Assembly (NCBI RefSeq): GCF_006345805.1
Contig: NC_043006.1
Span: 72,788,001-72,852,000 of the forward strand
Source: Octopus sinensis
Lineage: Eukaryota
Length of the DNA stretch: 64,000 bases
Direction: 5' to 3'
The notes under the pieces are model-generated. The model was not told the origin of the DNA, searched no databases, and saw only the letters and a program-made list of their open reading frames with translations. Position numbers and translations under genes: made by a program. Below, in pieces: positions 25,555 to 36,461 of this stretch; position 1 is the first letter of the stretch; the number at the start of each line of letters is the position of its first letter.

Positions 25555-28500
25555 TCATCATCGTTTAACGTCCGCTTTCCATGCTAGCATGGGTTGGACG
25601 GTTCAACTGGGGTCTGCACCAGGCCAGTCAGATATGGCAGTGTTTCTACAGCTGGATGCCCTTCCTAACGCCAACCACTCCGAGAGTGTAGTGGGTGATT
25701 TTATGTGCCACCGACACAGGTGCCAGACGAGGCTGGCAGACGGCCACGCTCAGATGGTGTTTTTATGTGCCACCGACACAGGTGCCAGACGAGGCTGGCT
25801 GACGGCCACGCTCGGATGGTATTTTCTTATGTGTCACCGACACAGGTGCCAGACGAGGCTGGCGGACGGCCATGCTTGGATGGTGTTTGTTACGTGCCCT
25901 CAGCACGGAGGCCAGTCGTTGCGGTACTGGCTACGGTCACGTTCGGATGGTTTTCTTATGTGCCACCGGCACTGGTACCACAAGGATACAAATTCCATTG
26001 ATGTTCATCTATTTTGATTTGATTTGATTTGATTCGATTCGATTCTCACTTGCTTCAACAGGTCTTCACAAGTGTCACAAGAAGGAAGGTATGCACAGGT
26101 GGACTGACTACGTCCCAGGTAGGGGCCACGGATTATGGCTTCACTAGTCTTGCCGGGTCTTCTCACGCACAGCATACTTCCATAGGTCTCGGTCTCTAGT
26201 CATTTCCATGGTGAGACCTAACGTCCGAAGGTCGTGCTTCACCACCTCATCCCAGGTTTTCCTGGGTCTACCTCTTCCACGGGTTCCCTCAACTGCTAGG
26301 ATTGGCACTTTCTCACACACCTATCTTCATCCATTCTCGCCACATGACCATACCAGCGCAATCGTCTCTCTTGCACACAACAACTGATGCTTCTTAGGTA
26401 CAACATTTCTCTCAAGGTACTAACGCTCTGTCGAGTAAGTACACTGACATTACACATCCATCGGAGCATACTGGCTTCGTTCCTCACGAGCTTACGCATG
26501 TCCTCAGCAGTCACGGCCCATGTTTCACTGCCATGTAGCATAGCTGTTCGTACACATGCATCATACAGTCTGCCTTTCACTCTGAGCGAGAGGCCTTTAG
26601 TCACCAGCAGAGGTAAGAGCTCCCTAAACTTTGCCCAGGCTATTCTTATTCTAGCAGTTACACTTTCAGCGCACCCACCCCCACTACTGACTTGGTCACC
26701 TAGATAGCGAAAGCTATCAACTACTTCTAGTTTTTCCCCCCGGAAAGTGACGGAAGTTGTTTTCTGCAGATTTCCGGAAGTCAATGCTCCAGAGCACCTG
26801 CCACATACAAAAACTATCTTCCCAGTTAGCCTACCTTTGACATTGCTGCACCTCTTATGTGTCCATAGCTTACACTGGGTACATCTTATAGAGTTTCTAC
26901 CTACACCTTTTCTACAGATCGAGCAGGGCTATCTTCCTGAGGATATTTGTGGATTTTCTACCTTTCTACTTATTAGTACTTTGGTTTTAGCTAGGTTGAC
27001 TCTAAGGCCCCTCGATTCTAAACCCTCCTTCCACACCTGGAACTTCTCCTCCAGTTCTGATAGTGACTCAGCGATTAGAGCGAGGTCGTCAGCATAGAGG
27101 AGCTCCCAGGGGCAACCTGTTTTGAATTCCTCCGTTATTGCCTGGAGGACTATGATAAATAGGAGGGGGCTGAGTACTGAACCCTGGTGGACCCCAACAT
27201 CTACTTTGAATTCTTCTGTGTACATGTTGCCAACTCTAACCTTACTTACGGCATCTCTGTACATGGCTTGCACAGCCCTCACCAGCCATTCATCTATCCC
27301 TAGTTTCCTCATTGACCACCAGATGAGGGATCGGGGGACCCTATCAAAGGCTTTCTCCATGTCAACAAAAGCCAGGTACAGGGGCTTATCTTTGGCTAGG
27401 TATTTCTCCTGCAGCTGCCTTACCAGGAATATAGCATCAGTGGTGCTTTTCCCTGGGACAAACCCAAACTGCATCTCATCTAAACTAACTCTCTCTCTAA
27501 TTAGTTGGGCTATGACCCTCTCCGTAACCTTCATTACTTGATCCAACAGCTTGATACCTCTGTAATTATTTGTATCCAGGGCATCACCTTTACTTTTGTA
27601 GCAGTTGACTAGTATGCTGCTACACCAGTCATTGGGTATGACTCCTTCGTGTATCACCTGGTTGACTATACGGGTGACTAGGTTGTAGCCGACACTGCCA
27701 GATATTTTGAGCATCTCTGCAGTAATTCCTGATGGGCCTGGGGCTTTCCCTGTCTTCATGCTTCTAATTGCCTTAGCTACCACGGAACTATCAACTTGGA
27801 TAGCTGGTCCCTCTGTTGGGTCAACATTTGGCAGACTCTCTTTATCCCATTCATTTTCTTTATTCAGCAACCTTTCATAGTGGCATCTCCAAACCTCTCT
27901 CTTTGCATCCTCATTTAGCGCAAGTGAACCATCATCCATGCGAACACACTTCTCTCCTACCACATCACGATTCTCTCTCACACACTGTCTTGCAACACGA
28001 AATACCTCAAGTCTTTCATCCTCACGGCTCAGAACATTGGCAAATTTTTTCTTATCCGCTTCCCCTCTGGCTAAATAAACCTGTCTCCTAGCTTCCCTTT
28101 TGGCTGTCTGATACAATTCCCTGCTACCACCGTTCTTCCAGTCCTTCCAAGCCTGTCTCTTTTGTCTAATAGCCCCGTCAACCACAGTGTTCCACCACCA
28201 TGTTACTCTGGGTCGAGATGGTACTTTGCTCCATCCACAGATCTGGTCAGTGGCTGTCAGCAGATTGTCCCGTAGAAATCTCCAGTTGTCTTCCACATTA
28301 AGTGAAGCTATATCCCCTTCTATTTCGTCAGAGGCTTCGAGTAGTATGTCTCTAAATCTCTGTCCATTTGCAGGATCTTTAAGCTTCCAGACCCTTCTCC
28401 TCCAAGCTGGTCTTCTTCTGGGCAAGCATTTAGCTCTGATCCTGAAGTCGCTAACTACTAATCTATGTTGGGGAGTACATTCTTCGCCTGGGAAGGTTTT

Positions 28501-29355
28501 GGCATTTATAATCAGCCCTCTTTCCCTTTTTCTGGCAAGGATGTAGTCAATCTGGCTGGTGTGTCTGCCAGAACGGTAGGTGACTAGGTGAGAGGTGGGT
28601 TTCCTGAAGTGGGTATTGCAGACCATAAGGTCATTTGCATCGCAGAACTCCAGCAGCCTGGTTCCCTCCTCATTTCGAGAGCCAAAACCGTGGCCTCCAT
28701 GGAAGCCCCTGACATGTCGTCCAACATGTCCATTGAAATCACCTGCCACGAAGAGAAGGTCACTGTCATTTGTCAATGAGGTAGTCCGCAATAGAGTGTC
28801 ATAGAATTGGTCTTTTTGTCCTTCCGGTAGCCCTGGTTGAGGGGCATATGCCGAGATGATGGTAGCTGTCCTATGGTGAAGAACTAATCTAATTTTAATT
28901 ACTCTGTCACTTACTCTGACTACCTCGATTACCTTACCTACCCATTTCTCCGCAAGAAGTATACCCACGCCCCCGACTCCGTCAGTGTTCCCTGCCCAGA
29001 AAATCTTGTACCTGTGTTCCTTGCCCGTGAGGAGCCTAGCAGAACCTCCTCTCCACCTTACTTCCTGGATACAGCATACATCCACACGTCTCCGTTCAAG
29101 CAGCTCTACAATCTCTCCAGACCTACCTTTCAATGTGCCAACGTTGAGCGTGCCAACTCTGAGGGTTTGGGAGGTGTGGGCATCAGAGACCCTGGGACGA
29201 GGGACAGCCGTGTCATGTACCTGAAAAGAAAGCTTGCATTTGGCAGATTTCATATGGAAACTCTAGACTACAACCTTCATACTTTTCACAATTTTTTGGG
29301 CTATATGTTCAGATAAACCCTACATAGGTGCTAGTGGGGGAGGGGGTAGTTTCCG
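25555..29355 (-). mobile_element. Near full-length RTE-clade LINE (single ORF, 3' UTR with ~60-bp units, (TGA)n tail)
   Basis: Endonuclease + RT ORF at 26144-29253, 3' UTR at 25555-26143 ending ...gttaaacgatgatga, about 100 nt of 5' sequence, flanked by (TA)n on both sides. Confidence 0.95.
26144..29253 (-). pseudogene. RTE ORF: apurinic-like endonuclease + reverse transcriptase with inserted PHD-type finger; two lesions
   Basis: APE motifs TLNVGTL, CCIQE, AGDFNGHVG, SQIDYIL, QHRLVV. RT motifs NYRGIKLL, QFGF, FVDMEKAFD, GVHQGSVLSP, YADD, FRYLG. TGG>TAG stop at 26929-31 in frame with the 26296-26784 ORF, and a 1-nt deletion near 26298 (CQS|LAVEGTRGRGRP...RQD*). The repaired span is 3111 nt = 1036 aa. 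Confidence 0.95.
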
Positions 29356-29370
29356 GTATATATATATAAA

Positions 29371-29538
29371 GTTAATCCAAACATGAAAACACAAAGCGAG
29401 GACGTGGAACAAATATAGTATTATTGGACGCTCAGGAAGGGAAGAAGGAGGGTTTAACGTTTCGAGCGGAGCTCTTCATCAGAAACATAGGAAAAGGAAA
29501 GATCCAGAGAAGGGAAGACGGAGGAAAAAAAAATCGCC
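29371..29538 (-). mobile_element. Penelope-like pseudo-LTR fragment carrying a hammerhead motif
   Basis: Starts at (TA)n and contains CTGATGA...GAAACGT on the minus strand. Hammerheads in pseudo-LTRs are an established feature of Penelope-like elements. Confidence 0.6.
29452..29486 (-). ncRNA. Minimal type I hammerhead ribozyme motif
   Basis: Minus strand: GTTT-CTGATGA-A-GAGC(TCC)GCTC-GAAA-CGT-T-AAAC. Stem I GTTT/AAAC, stem II GAGC/GCTC, palindromic ACGT stem III, GUU triplet, one extra A after the core. Confidence 0.65.
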
Positions 29539-29730
29539 ATTTATATTCCTCCCTGGATGGGATGCCGATCCGTTACAGGATTACTCATTTTTGCCAGCTT
29601 AGGGAATTGAAGCAATACGAAATGAAGTATTTTGCTCAAGAGCACATCACATCACCTGGTCCAGGAATCGAAATCACAATCTTACAATCATGAAGCCAAC
29701 ACCCTAACCATTAAGCCATGCGCCACCACC
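29539..29730 (-). mobile_element. tRNA-derived SINE, family C (5' part; its 3' end lies at about 25503-25545)
   Basis: ctggatgggatgcc...ttaagccatgcgccacc. The uninterrupted junction ...tttctctggcgtatatattccccacctggatggg is seen at 61150-61210. Confidence 0.75.
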
Positions 29731-30143
29731 ACATTATGAAATAATATTTCTTTCTTTCTCAAAAATTCTAACAAGTGAGAAAAAACTGTATGCATTAGTT
29801 GTTTCTTTTTCCACTGACCTTGTTTCAAATCTTTTTTTTACTTATCATCTGACTGATATTTGTAGTACTTTTAATCTTGTCTTACATGGTTTACTGAATT
29901 TCCAAAAGTTGATCAACTAGATTTCTTTTATGTACACACACACATTTATTGCTGTTCTGTCTATCATTACTATGTTAGTCTACAGGCTTTTGTTTTTCTT
30001 AGTCCTCTTCCTTTTCTTCTTACCCTTCCTCCTTTTCATTTTCTTCTTTCCCTTTCTGCCACCTCCTCCTCCTCCTCCCTTTTTCATTCCACTATCTGTC
30101 TTCTGCTCCTTTTGCATTCAGCTTAATCCATTGTCTGGTTTAA

Positions 30144-30361
30144 CCCTTTCGTTACTCTATTTATTTTGAGATGCTCTGTGTTTCGTTCAATTATTTTAAA
30201 TATAACAAAGAATTTAGTAAATTAACTTAGTTATCATTAAACTAGTGTTAGGAATATAAATTGCGACTAAGTGGTGGTATATTTTAATGCAAAACTTTTG
30301 AAAACAAAACATTTGTACTATAGAGCCAGATCCAGTTTTGGTCAGATTGGTAATGAAAGGG
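30144..30361 (-). mobile_element. piggyBac-type MITE, family P1
   Basis: TTAA-CCCTTTCGTTAC ... GTAATGAAAGGG-TTAA. Confidence 0.9.
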
Positions 30362-30428
30362 TTAACTCCACTGCCACCCAGTCCTTGGGTGTCTTCAACT
30401 AAGTCCATTATGTTGCAACCATTTAGAC

Positions 30429-30655
30429 CAGTGATTCTCAACTGTGGTCCATCCATATAACCCTTGGGGTGCAATAAAATTGGTTATATATACTCCTATG
30501 ATACGTAGAATATTTCAACAATTTATTCCTAATAATACCTAATTATAAAAATAAAAGGATCTTTTAAACATCAAATTGCTAGGAGCAGATGGTTCCATCC
30601 AAGTATAATTAGGAACCAAAGTGGTCCATAGGTAAAAAATGGTTGAGAACCAATG
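30429..30655. mobile_element. hAT-type MITE
   Basis: TIRs CAGTGATTCTCAAC / GTTGAGAACCAATG with a perfect 8-bp TSD ATTTAGAC (30421-28, 30656-63). Confidence 0.9.
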
Positions 30656-32947
30656 ATTTAGACCATGTCTAAGATTGACATATCTTGATCTGTTGCTCGT
30701 ATTTCTAACTAAGAATGCAGAAATACCTCTAGTATCAATAATCATTAGCGTTATTCTGGGATGAACACTACTAATATAGATGCTAGAGAATGGCAACTTT
30801 TGCTCTCTGACCAAGTCCTGGCTGTGGCTATCACCATACTCTTGCTTTGTCATGAACCATAAGGCTGGAGCTCCTATGATATAAGTAACTGATATAACAA
30901 CACTCCTCACGAACGAGACACCAGTCTGTCGTAGGATTAATTTCCCAGCTGGTGCTGCGGCTCATTTACAGCTGAGTGGACTGGTGCAATGTGAAACTTG
31001 AAATGGAGTGTTTTACTCAAGACACCACACACTGCCTGGTCTAGGAAATGATACCATGATTGTGAGATCATGTGTGCAATGTCCTCACCACTAGATTATG
31101 TTCCTTTATCACAATACTCTGCAGGCATACAGGAATAAACTAGAGCTGGAGCGAATATATGTTCAGACTGAAGCACTGCACTTCATACATTTCTTCATTG
31201 CATGTTGGTGTGTGCAGTAATGCTCTGAGCCATGCATAGAGAAGAAAGCATTGTACAACTGGAACAACAGAACTACAGGTTGCACCTAGTCATTTGATGT
31301 GCTTGCTGGGCCAGAGCTCACTTGGTGCTAAACAACTTTTCTTTCCACCAGTCTTGGGGACTTTGTGAGAAATCATACGCATTGCACTTCTTCTTTGCAT
31401 TAAGCCATTAGAAATCGCACAGCTTAGTGGTTAGTATGTTGCACGTACAATCACAAGATGGGGGCTTCAGTGTCCAGACCAGGTGTGCATTGTGTCTTTG
31501 AGTAAAACACTTCTTTTCATGTTTCACATTGCTGCAGTCCATTCAGCTGTAAACGAGTGACTCTGATGGACTGACATCCCATCTAAATGCCAACCACTTT
31601 ACAGAGTGTACTGGGTGCTTTTTATGTGGTGTTGGCACAAGTGCCCTTCAAGCAGTGCTAGCATAGGTGCCTTCTATGTGGTTCTGGCACAGGTGCATTT
31701 TACATGGCGTTGGCACAAGTGCTTTTTATGTGGTGCCAGCGCATAAATGTTTATATGTTAGCATTAACGTTATATAAATATAATTTACTGTAAGGATTAC
31801 TTTATCATAATTGCCATAATGTTCTGTTTGCAGTATCTGCATTAGAGTTGGAACCATTCGTGTAAGAAAGCCATTTTGATAATGGGATCATAACTGATTT
31901 CATTACAAAAAAAAAATAATGACTACTTTCCTATCCTGCTATATTCTCCAGAGAATTGTTTCTAACTTCCTGTCTTCTATGATCATGGGTTCTCTGTCTG
32001 AAATATTTAAATATGTTTTCTCAAGACACGCCTTAGCTTCCTTGTTTTTCTTTGCTTCTCAATGATGCAGATGCACTCTTAGGTCTCCTTAACCCGTTAT
32101 CGTATTTCTGCTGCAACACACCGTCTTTGTTTCAATTAATTTTGAAAATAATAAAGTATTTAGTAAAATAATTTTGTCTTTATGGAGTTGGTAATTGGAT
32201 CATTAATTAGCATGAAATGATGAAAGCTTTTAATTTTGATTATTTCTCAGGCTGTTTCTACTCTAGGGTTAAATTTTATCAATCATATTTGATGTCTTTA
32301 TAACCCAGTTCTAATTATTGAATGACAGATCTGATAGAACATTGTAAATGACCAGCTTGGGTGGTTCTGCCAGAGCGAGGTTCTTATATTGTGCAAGATA
32401 CTATTGAGTGTTTAGCTGCTTTCCTTTAAATTCTAGGCTCAAATCCTGTTATGTTCTCTTGACATTTCAACCTTCCTGGGGTTGAAGTTTTTTTACATGG
32501 TTAAAAAGTTCTCTTCCCAGCCATGTGGCTTTGGTTTCTGTCCCATTGTAAGGCATCTTAGACAAGTATTTTCTTCTTTAGCCCCAGACTGACCAAAGCC
32601 TTGTTTGTGGACTTGGTAGACAGAAACTGAAAGAAGCCTGTCATATCCCACGACTTGATGAATCCACAGCAAAGAGTAGGGGAATAAAATACTCTACTGA
32701 ATATGTGCATGCATGTGTGTGTGTGTGGTTTTTTTTGACATTGCGTGGTACTTGTAAATAAGCATCACCATTATACACTCAAGCAGTGTCCTTTGTTTTC
32801 AATCTTTCATGAAAAAATGTCTGTGGAAGTATTACTTTGCCTGGAAACGACAGTTTATGACAGGAAGGGCATCCAGCCATAGAGAATTTGTCTCACTGAA
32901 TTCTGTCTCATTTCTGTGAGCCTAGAAAAGTAAATAGTAGACATTAA

Positions 32948-33168
32948 CCCTTTTGTTACTGTATTTATTTTGAGATGCTCTGTGTTTCTTCTAATAATTT
33001 TAAATATAACAAAGAATTTAGTAAAATAACATTGTTATCATTCAGCTAGTGTTAGGAACATAAATTGTGACTAAGATTTGGTGGAAGATTTGAATTCAAA
33101 ACTTATGAAAACAAAACATTTATACTAAAGAGCCAGAGCCGGTTTCAGCCAGGTTGGTAATGAAAGGG
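32948..33168 (-). mobile_element. piggyBac-type MITE, family P1
   Basis: TTAA-CCCTTTTGTTAC ... GTAATGAAAGGG-TTAA. Confidence 0.9.
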
Positions 33169-33945
33169 TTAAAACGATAAAGATGGAGAGGATGATGATG
33201 GAGTGTATTCACTGCCTCAGTGAGCAGAAGTCAGATGCTTTTTGCTTTTATCCAGTTAATTTGATTGTTGAAAGCTAGCATCTCAAAAACTTTTGAAGTT
33301 ATTTTTTTCCTCTTGTATATCAATGATTTATTGCAAAACTCTTTTAAACGAAATCTTTTTTTTTTTTTCAGTTTTTGTCTTGTCATTAATAAGTTAGCAA
33401 GTTATTTAGATGATGAATGAGTAGGCTAGGATTTCTAAGGAAGTGGTATCGGATTTAAGAAAAATGAAATGCAATAATCATAATTTTACACAAAGAAGAA
33501 CACAATCCCTTCAAGACATTAGTAGTTAAAATAATAGTGCAAAATACATCGAAGTCCTGACTTCCGGACTATCTTTTAGCTTTTAGTTACTTTAGTTATT
33601 GGACTGCAACCATGCTAGGATATTATACCTTGAAAGGTTTTAGTTGAACTGATCACACTATGTACATATTTTTAAGCTTGGTTCTAATTCTGTTGGACTC
33701 TTTTGCTGAACTGGGATATAAACCAACTCTGGTTGTCAAGTGGTGGGAGTGAGGAAACAAATACACACACACACATGACATAGATACAATGTGTTTCCAC
33801 TCAATTTCTTGTCTATCAAAGTATTGCTTGGCCCAAGGCTTTTGTAGAGTATACTTACCCAAAGTGGCATGCAGTGAGACTGAACTGGAAACCATATAGT
33901 TTCAGGGTGAGCTTCTTAACCACACATCCATGTCTGCATCAAAAA

Positions 33946-34017
33946 GCCAAAATTTGAGATTTAACCAGAGACCTCTGGATCTTCAGTCTGATGTTGCCCC
34001 AACTGAGTTTAGTTTTA
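33946..34017 (-). pseudogene. Decayed tRNA-Phe(GAA) pseudogene
   Basis: Minus strand AAACTCAGTTGGGGCAACATCAGACTGAAGATCCAGAGGTCTCTGGTTAAATCTCAAATTTTGGC aligns without gaps to animal tRNA-Phe (TAGCTCAGTTGGGAGAGCGTTAGACTGAAGATCTAAAGGTCCCTGGTTCGATCCCGGGTTTCGGC). Anticodon GAA at 33982-84, followed by TTTTT. The 5' acceptor arm and T-loop are broken. Confidence 0.8.
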
Positions 34018-34576
34018 TACTTTTTTTTTATAAATTCTTTTTAATTTTTTTGATACTAGCCATTAACCAGGTGTGATCTCATCTGAGGTCACACCTGGTT
34101 CTATGATATAAAAGTCATGTTTTAAAATAATCTTAATTAAACCCATCTATCAAAATTTGTTTCAAATACCAGTTTGATAATGACAGTTATTTTATTGAAT
34201 TCTTCATTATTTTCGAAATTAATTGCAGTAAAGGCGGTGTATTCCAACAGAAATATGGTAATGAAAAGGTCAAAACATTGCTTACTTATTAAAGAATCAT
34301 CCTTCAGAAGTTAGCCTAACTCTGAGAAAAAATATATTTGTCTTTCATCATGTCTGTGTTACACACACATGTTAAGATACATACGTATATATTGTATATG
34401 CATACACATACATATATTTATAATGAGTTTCTTTCAGCTTCTGTCTGTTATGCTCTTTCACAAGGCTTTGATTGGTTCAGAGATAGTAGAAGACACTTGC
34501 CCATGGTGCCACAGAGTGATATTGAACCTGAAACCATCTGGTTGTGGGGTGGGCTTCTTAATCACACAGCTATATA

Positions 34577-34809
34577 CAGGGTTGGCCAGAATTCACCTGA
34601 TAGTAAATCAAAATTCTATAAATGGTATTTGTAATTCTGTATTGACTTGAAAGGAAAAATGTGTCGCTCAAGAAGAACTTCAGTTTGAACAATTTCCATG
34701 ATGTTTCAAATTTAGATGCTTTTATTGAATTCATTCAGTTGTTAAACATAAATAAATCTTAGAATTAAATGGTTTTGATTTACTGTCGGGTGATTTTTGG
34801 CCTACCCTG
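34577..34809. mobile_element. Tc1/mariner-type MITE
   Basis: TA-CAGGGTTGGCCAGAATTCACCTGA ... TCGGGTGATTTTTGGCCTACCCTG-TA. Confidence 0.85.
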
Positions 34810-34999
34810 TATGTGTGTGTGTATGTATAATTTAATAGTATAAGATATGGATTAATATATATACTGAGCATACATCTTAATGCAAACATGTACACATATT
34901 TTCTTGCAAACTGAAATTAATACTACATGAAGAAGGCTGCAAAAACCCTCAGGAAGTCATGTGGTTAAATAAATATAATTTACCTTTCATACCTGCTGA

Positions 35000-35037
<38 letters not shown>

Positions 35038-35053
35038 TATGTATATGTATGTA

Positions 35054-35092
<39 letters not shown>

Positions 35093-35276
35093 TAAGCAAT
35101 AAAGGTTTAGCAACGAATTGCCTCACCACATACCGAATTTAGAAATAGCAGTCAAAGAGTTATAGCTATTTCTTCTACTAAAAAGGGAGATCTCAGTAAA
35201 AACAGCAATTGGAAGGCAGACACAAACAGGTAAGAAAGAATGAATTGACGGCAATCTATCATACAATTTTAAGTTA

Positions 35277-35374
35277 TCTACAGACGTACGTTTCGAAATC
35301 AAGTTTTTAGGAAAGCATAAGAATAAATATTAAATAATTCTATCTTACCAAAAACTTCTTCTCTTCAGCGTAGA
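35277..35374 (-). ncRNA. Type I hammerhead ribozyme, copy 1
   Basis: TCTACG-CTGAAGA-[67-nt stem II, G...C closed]-GAAA-CGTACG-TC-TGTAGA. GUC triplet with C17 at 35283; first stem I pair is G-U. Confidence 0.8.
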
Positions 35375-35866
35375 ATACTATAATCATAAATGATTATATA
35401 TTGAATTTTGAGATACTAGAAGGCACCAACTCAACTCAGTATCAGAGCGAGCTAGAATCCGCAACTAGTATCACCGAATTCAATGTGTGAATGGAAAGAT
35501 TGTGTCACCAGCCCCTTCCCACCCGTGTGTAGCCAAAACAAGATGCTGTGGTCATCTACTGAGATAAAATATGGTTATCCGTAATAATGAAGGGTGAAAT
35601 TAATTAATTTGGAATAATTATCAATTACACCAAGTAGTCTTCGGCATGTAAAAGCCTCATTCGAGGAAAATTTAAGTAATACTAAGCAATAAAGGGTTTA
35701 GCAACGAATTGCCTCACCACATACCGATTTAGAAATAGCAGTCAAAGAGTTATAGCTATTTCTTCTACTAAAAAGGGAGATCTCAGTAAAAACAGCAATT
35801 GGAAGGCAGACACAAACAGGTAAGAAAGAATGAATTGACGGCAATCTATCATACAATTTTAAGTTA

Positions 35867-35969
35867 TCTACGGACGTACGTTTCGAAATCAAGTTTTTAG
35901 GAAAGCATAAGAATTAAATATTAAATAATTCTATCTTACCAAAAACTTCTTTTCTCTCTTCAGCGTAGA
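35867..35969 (-). ncRNA. Type I hammerhead ribozyme, copy 2
   Basis: TCTACG-CTGAAGA-[72-nt stem II]-GAAA-CGTACG-TC-CGTAGA. Perfect 6-bp stem I; C17 at 35873. Confidence 0.85.
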
Positions 35970-36461
35970 ATACTATAATCATAAATGATTATATATTGAA
36001 TTTTGAGATACTAGAAGGCACCAACTCAACTCAGTATCAGAGCGAGCTAGAATCCGCAACTAGTATCACCGAATTCATGTGTGAATGGAAAGATTGTGTC
36101 ACCAGCCCCTTCCCACCCGTGTGTAGCCAAAACAAGATGCTGTGGTCATCTACTGAGATAAAATATGGTTATCCGTAATAATGAAGGGTGAAATTAATTA
36201 ATTTGGAATAATTATCAATTACACCAAGTAGTCTTCGGCATGTAAAAGCCTCATTCGAGGAAAATTTAAGTAATACTAAGCAATAAAGGGTTTAGCAACG
36301 AATTGCCTCACCACATACCGAATTTAGAAATAGCAGTCAAAGAGTTATAGCTATTTCTTCTACTAAAAAGGGAGATCTCAGTAAAAACAGCAATTGGAAG
36401 GCAGACACAAACAGGTAAGAAAGAATGAATTGACGGCAATCTATCATACAATTTTAAGTTA

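Noticed and set aside
25697-25985. CRISPR-like regularly spaced repeats (also 9780-9950, 57478-57710)
   Set aside because: Whole units are repeated with no unique spacers, there are no cas genes, the context is eukaryotic, and they are part of the RTE 3' UTR.
25589-26017. 142-aa and similar ORFs (e.g. 57396-57824, 9539-10080, 14165-14569)
   Set aside because: They are incidental reading frames through RTE 3' UTR repeats.
26387-29316. Plus-strand ORFs overlapping the LINE
   Set aside because: Antisense shadows of the RTE coding sequence with no recognisable motifs.
31140-31420. Possible second mariner-like remnant
   Set aside because: Too degraded; I could not recover a diagnostic motif.
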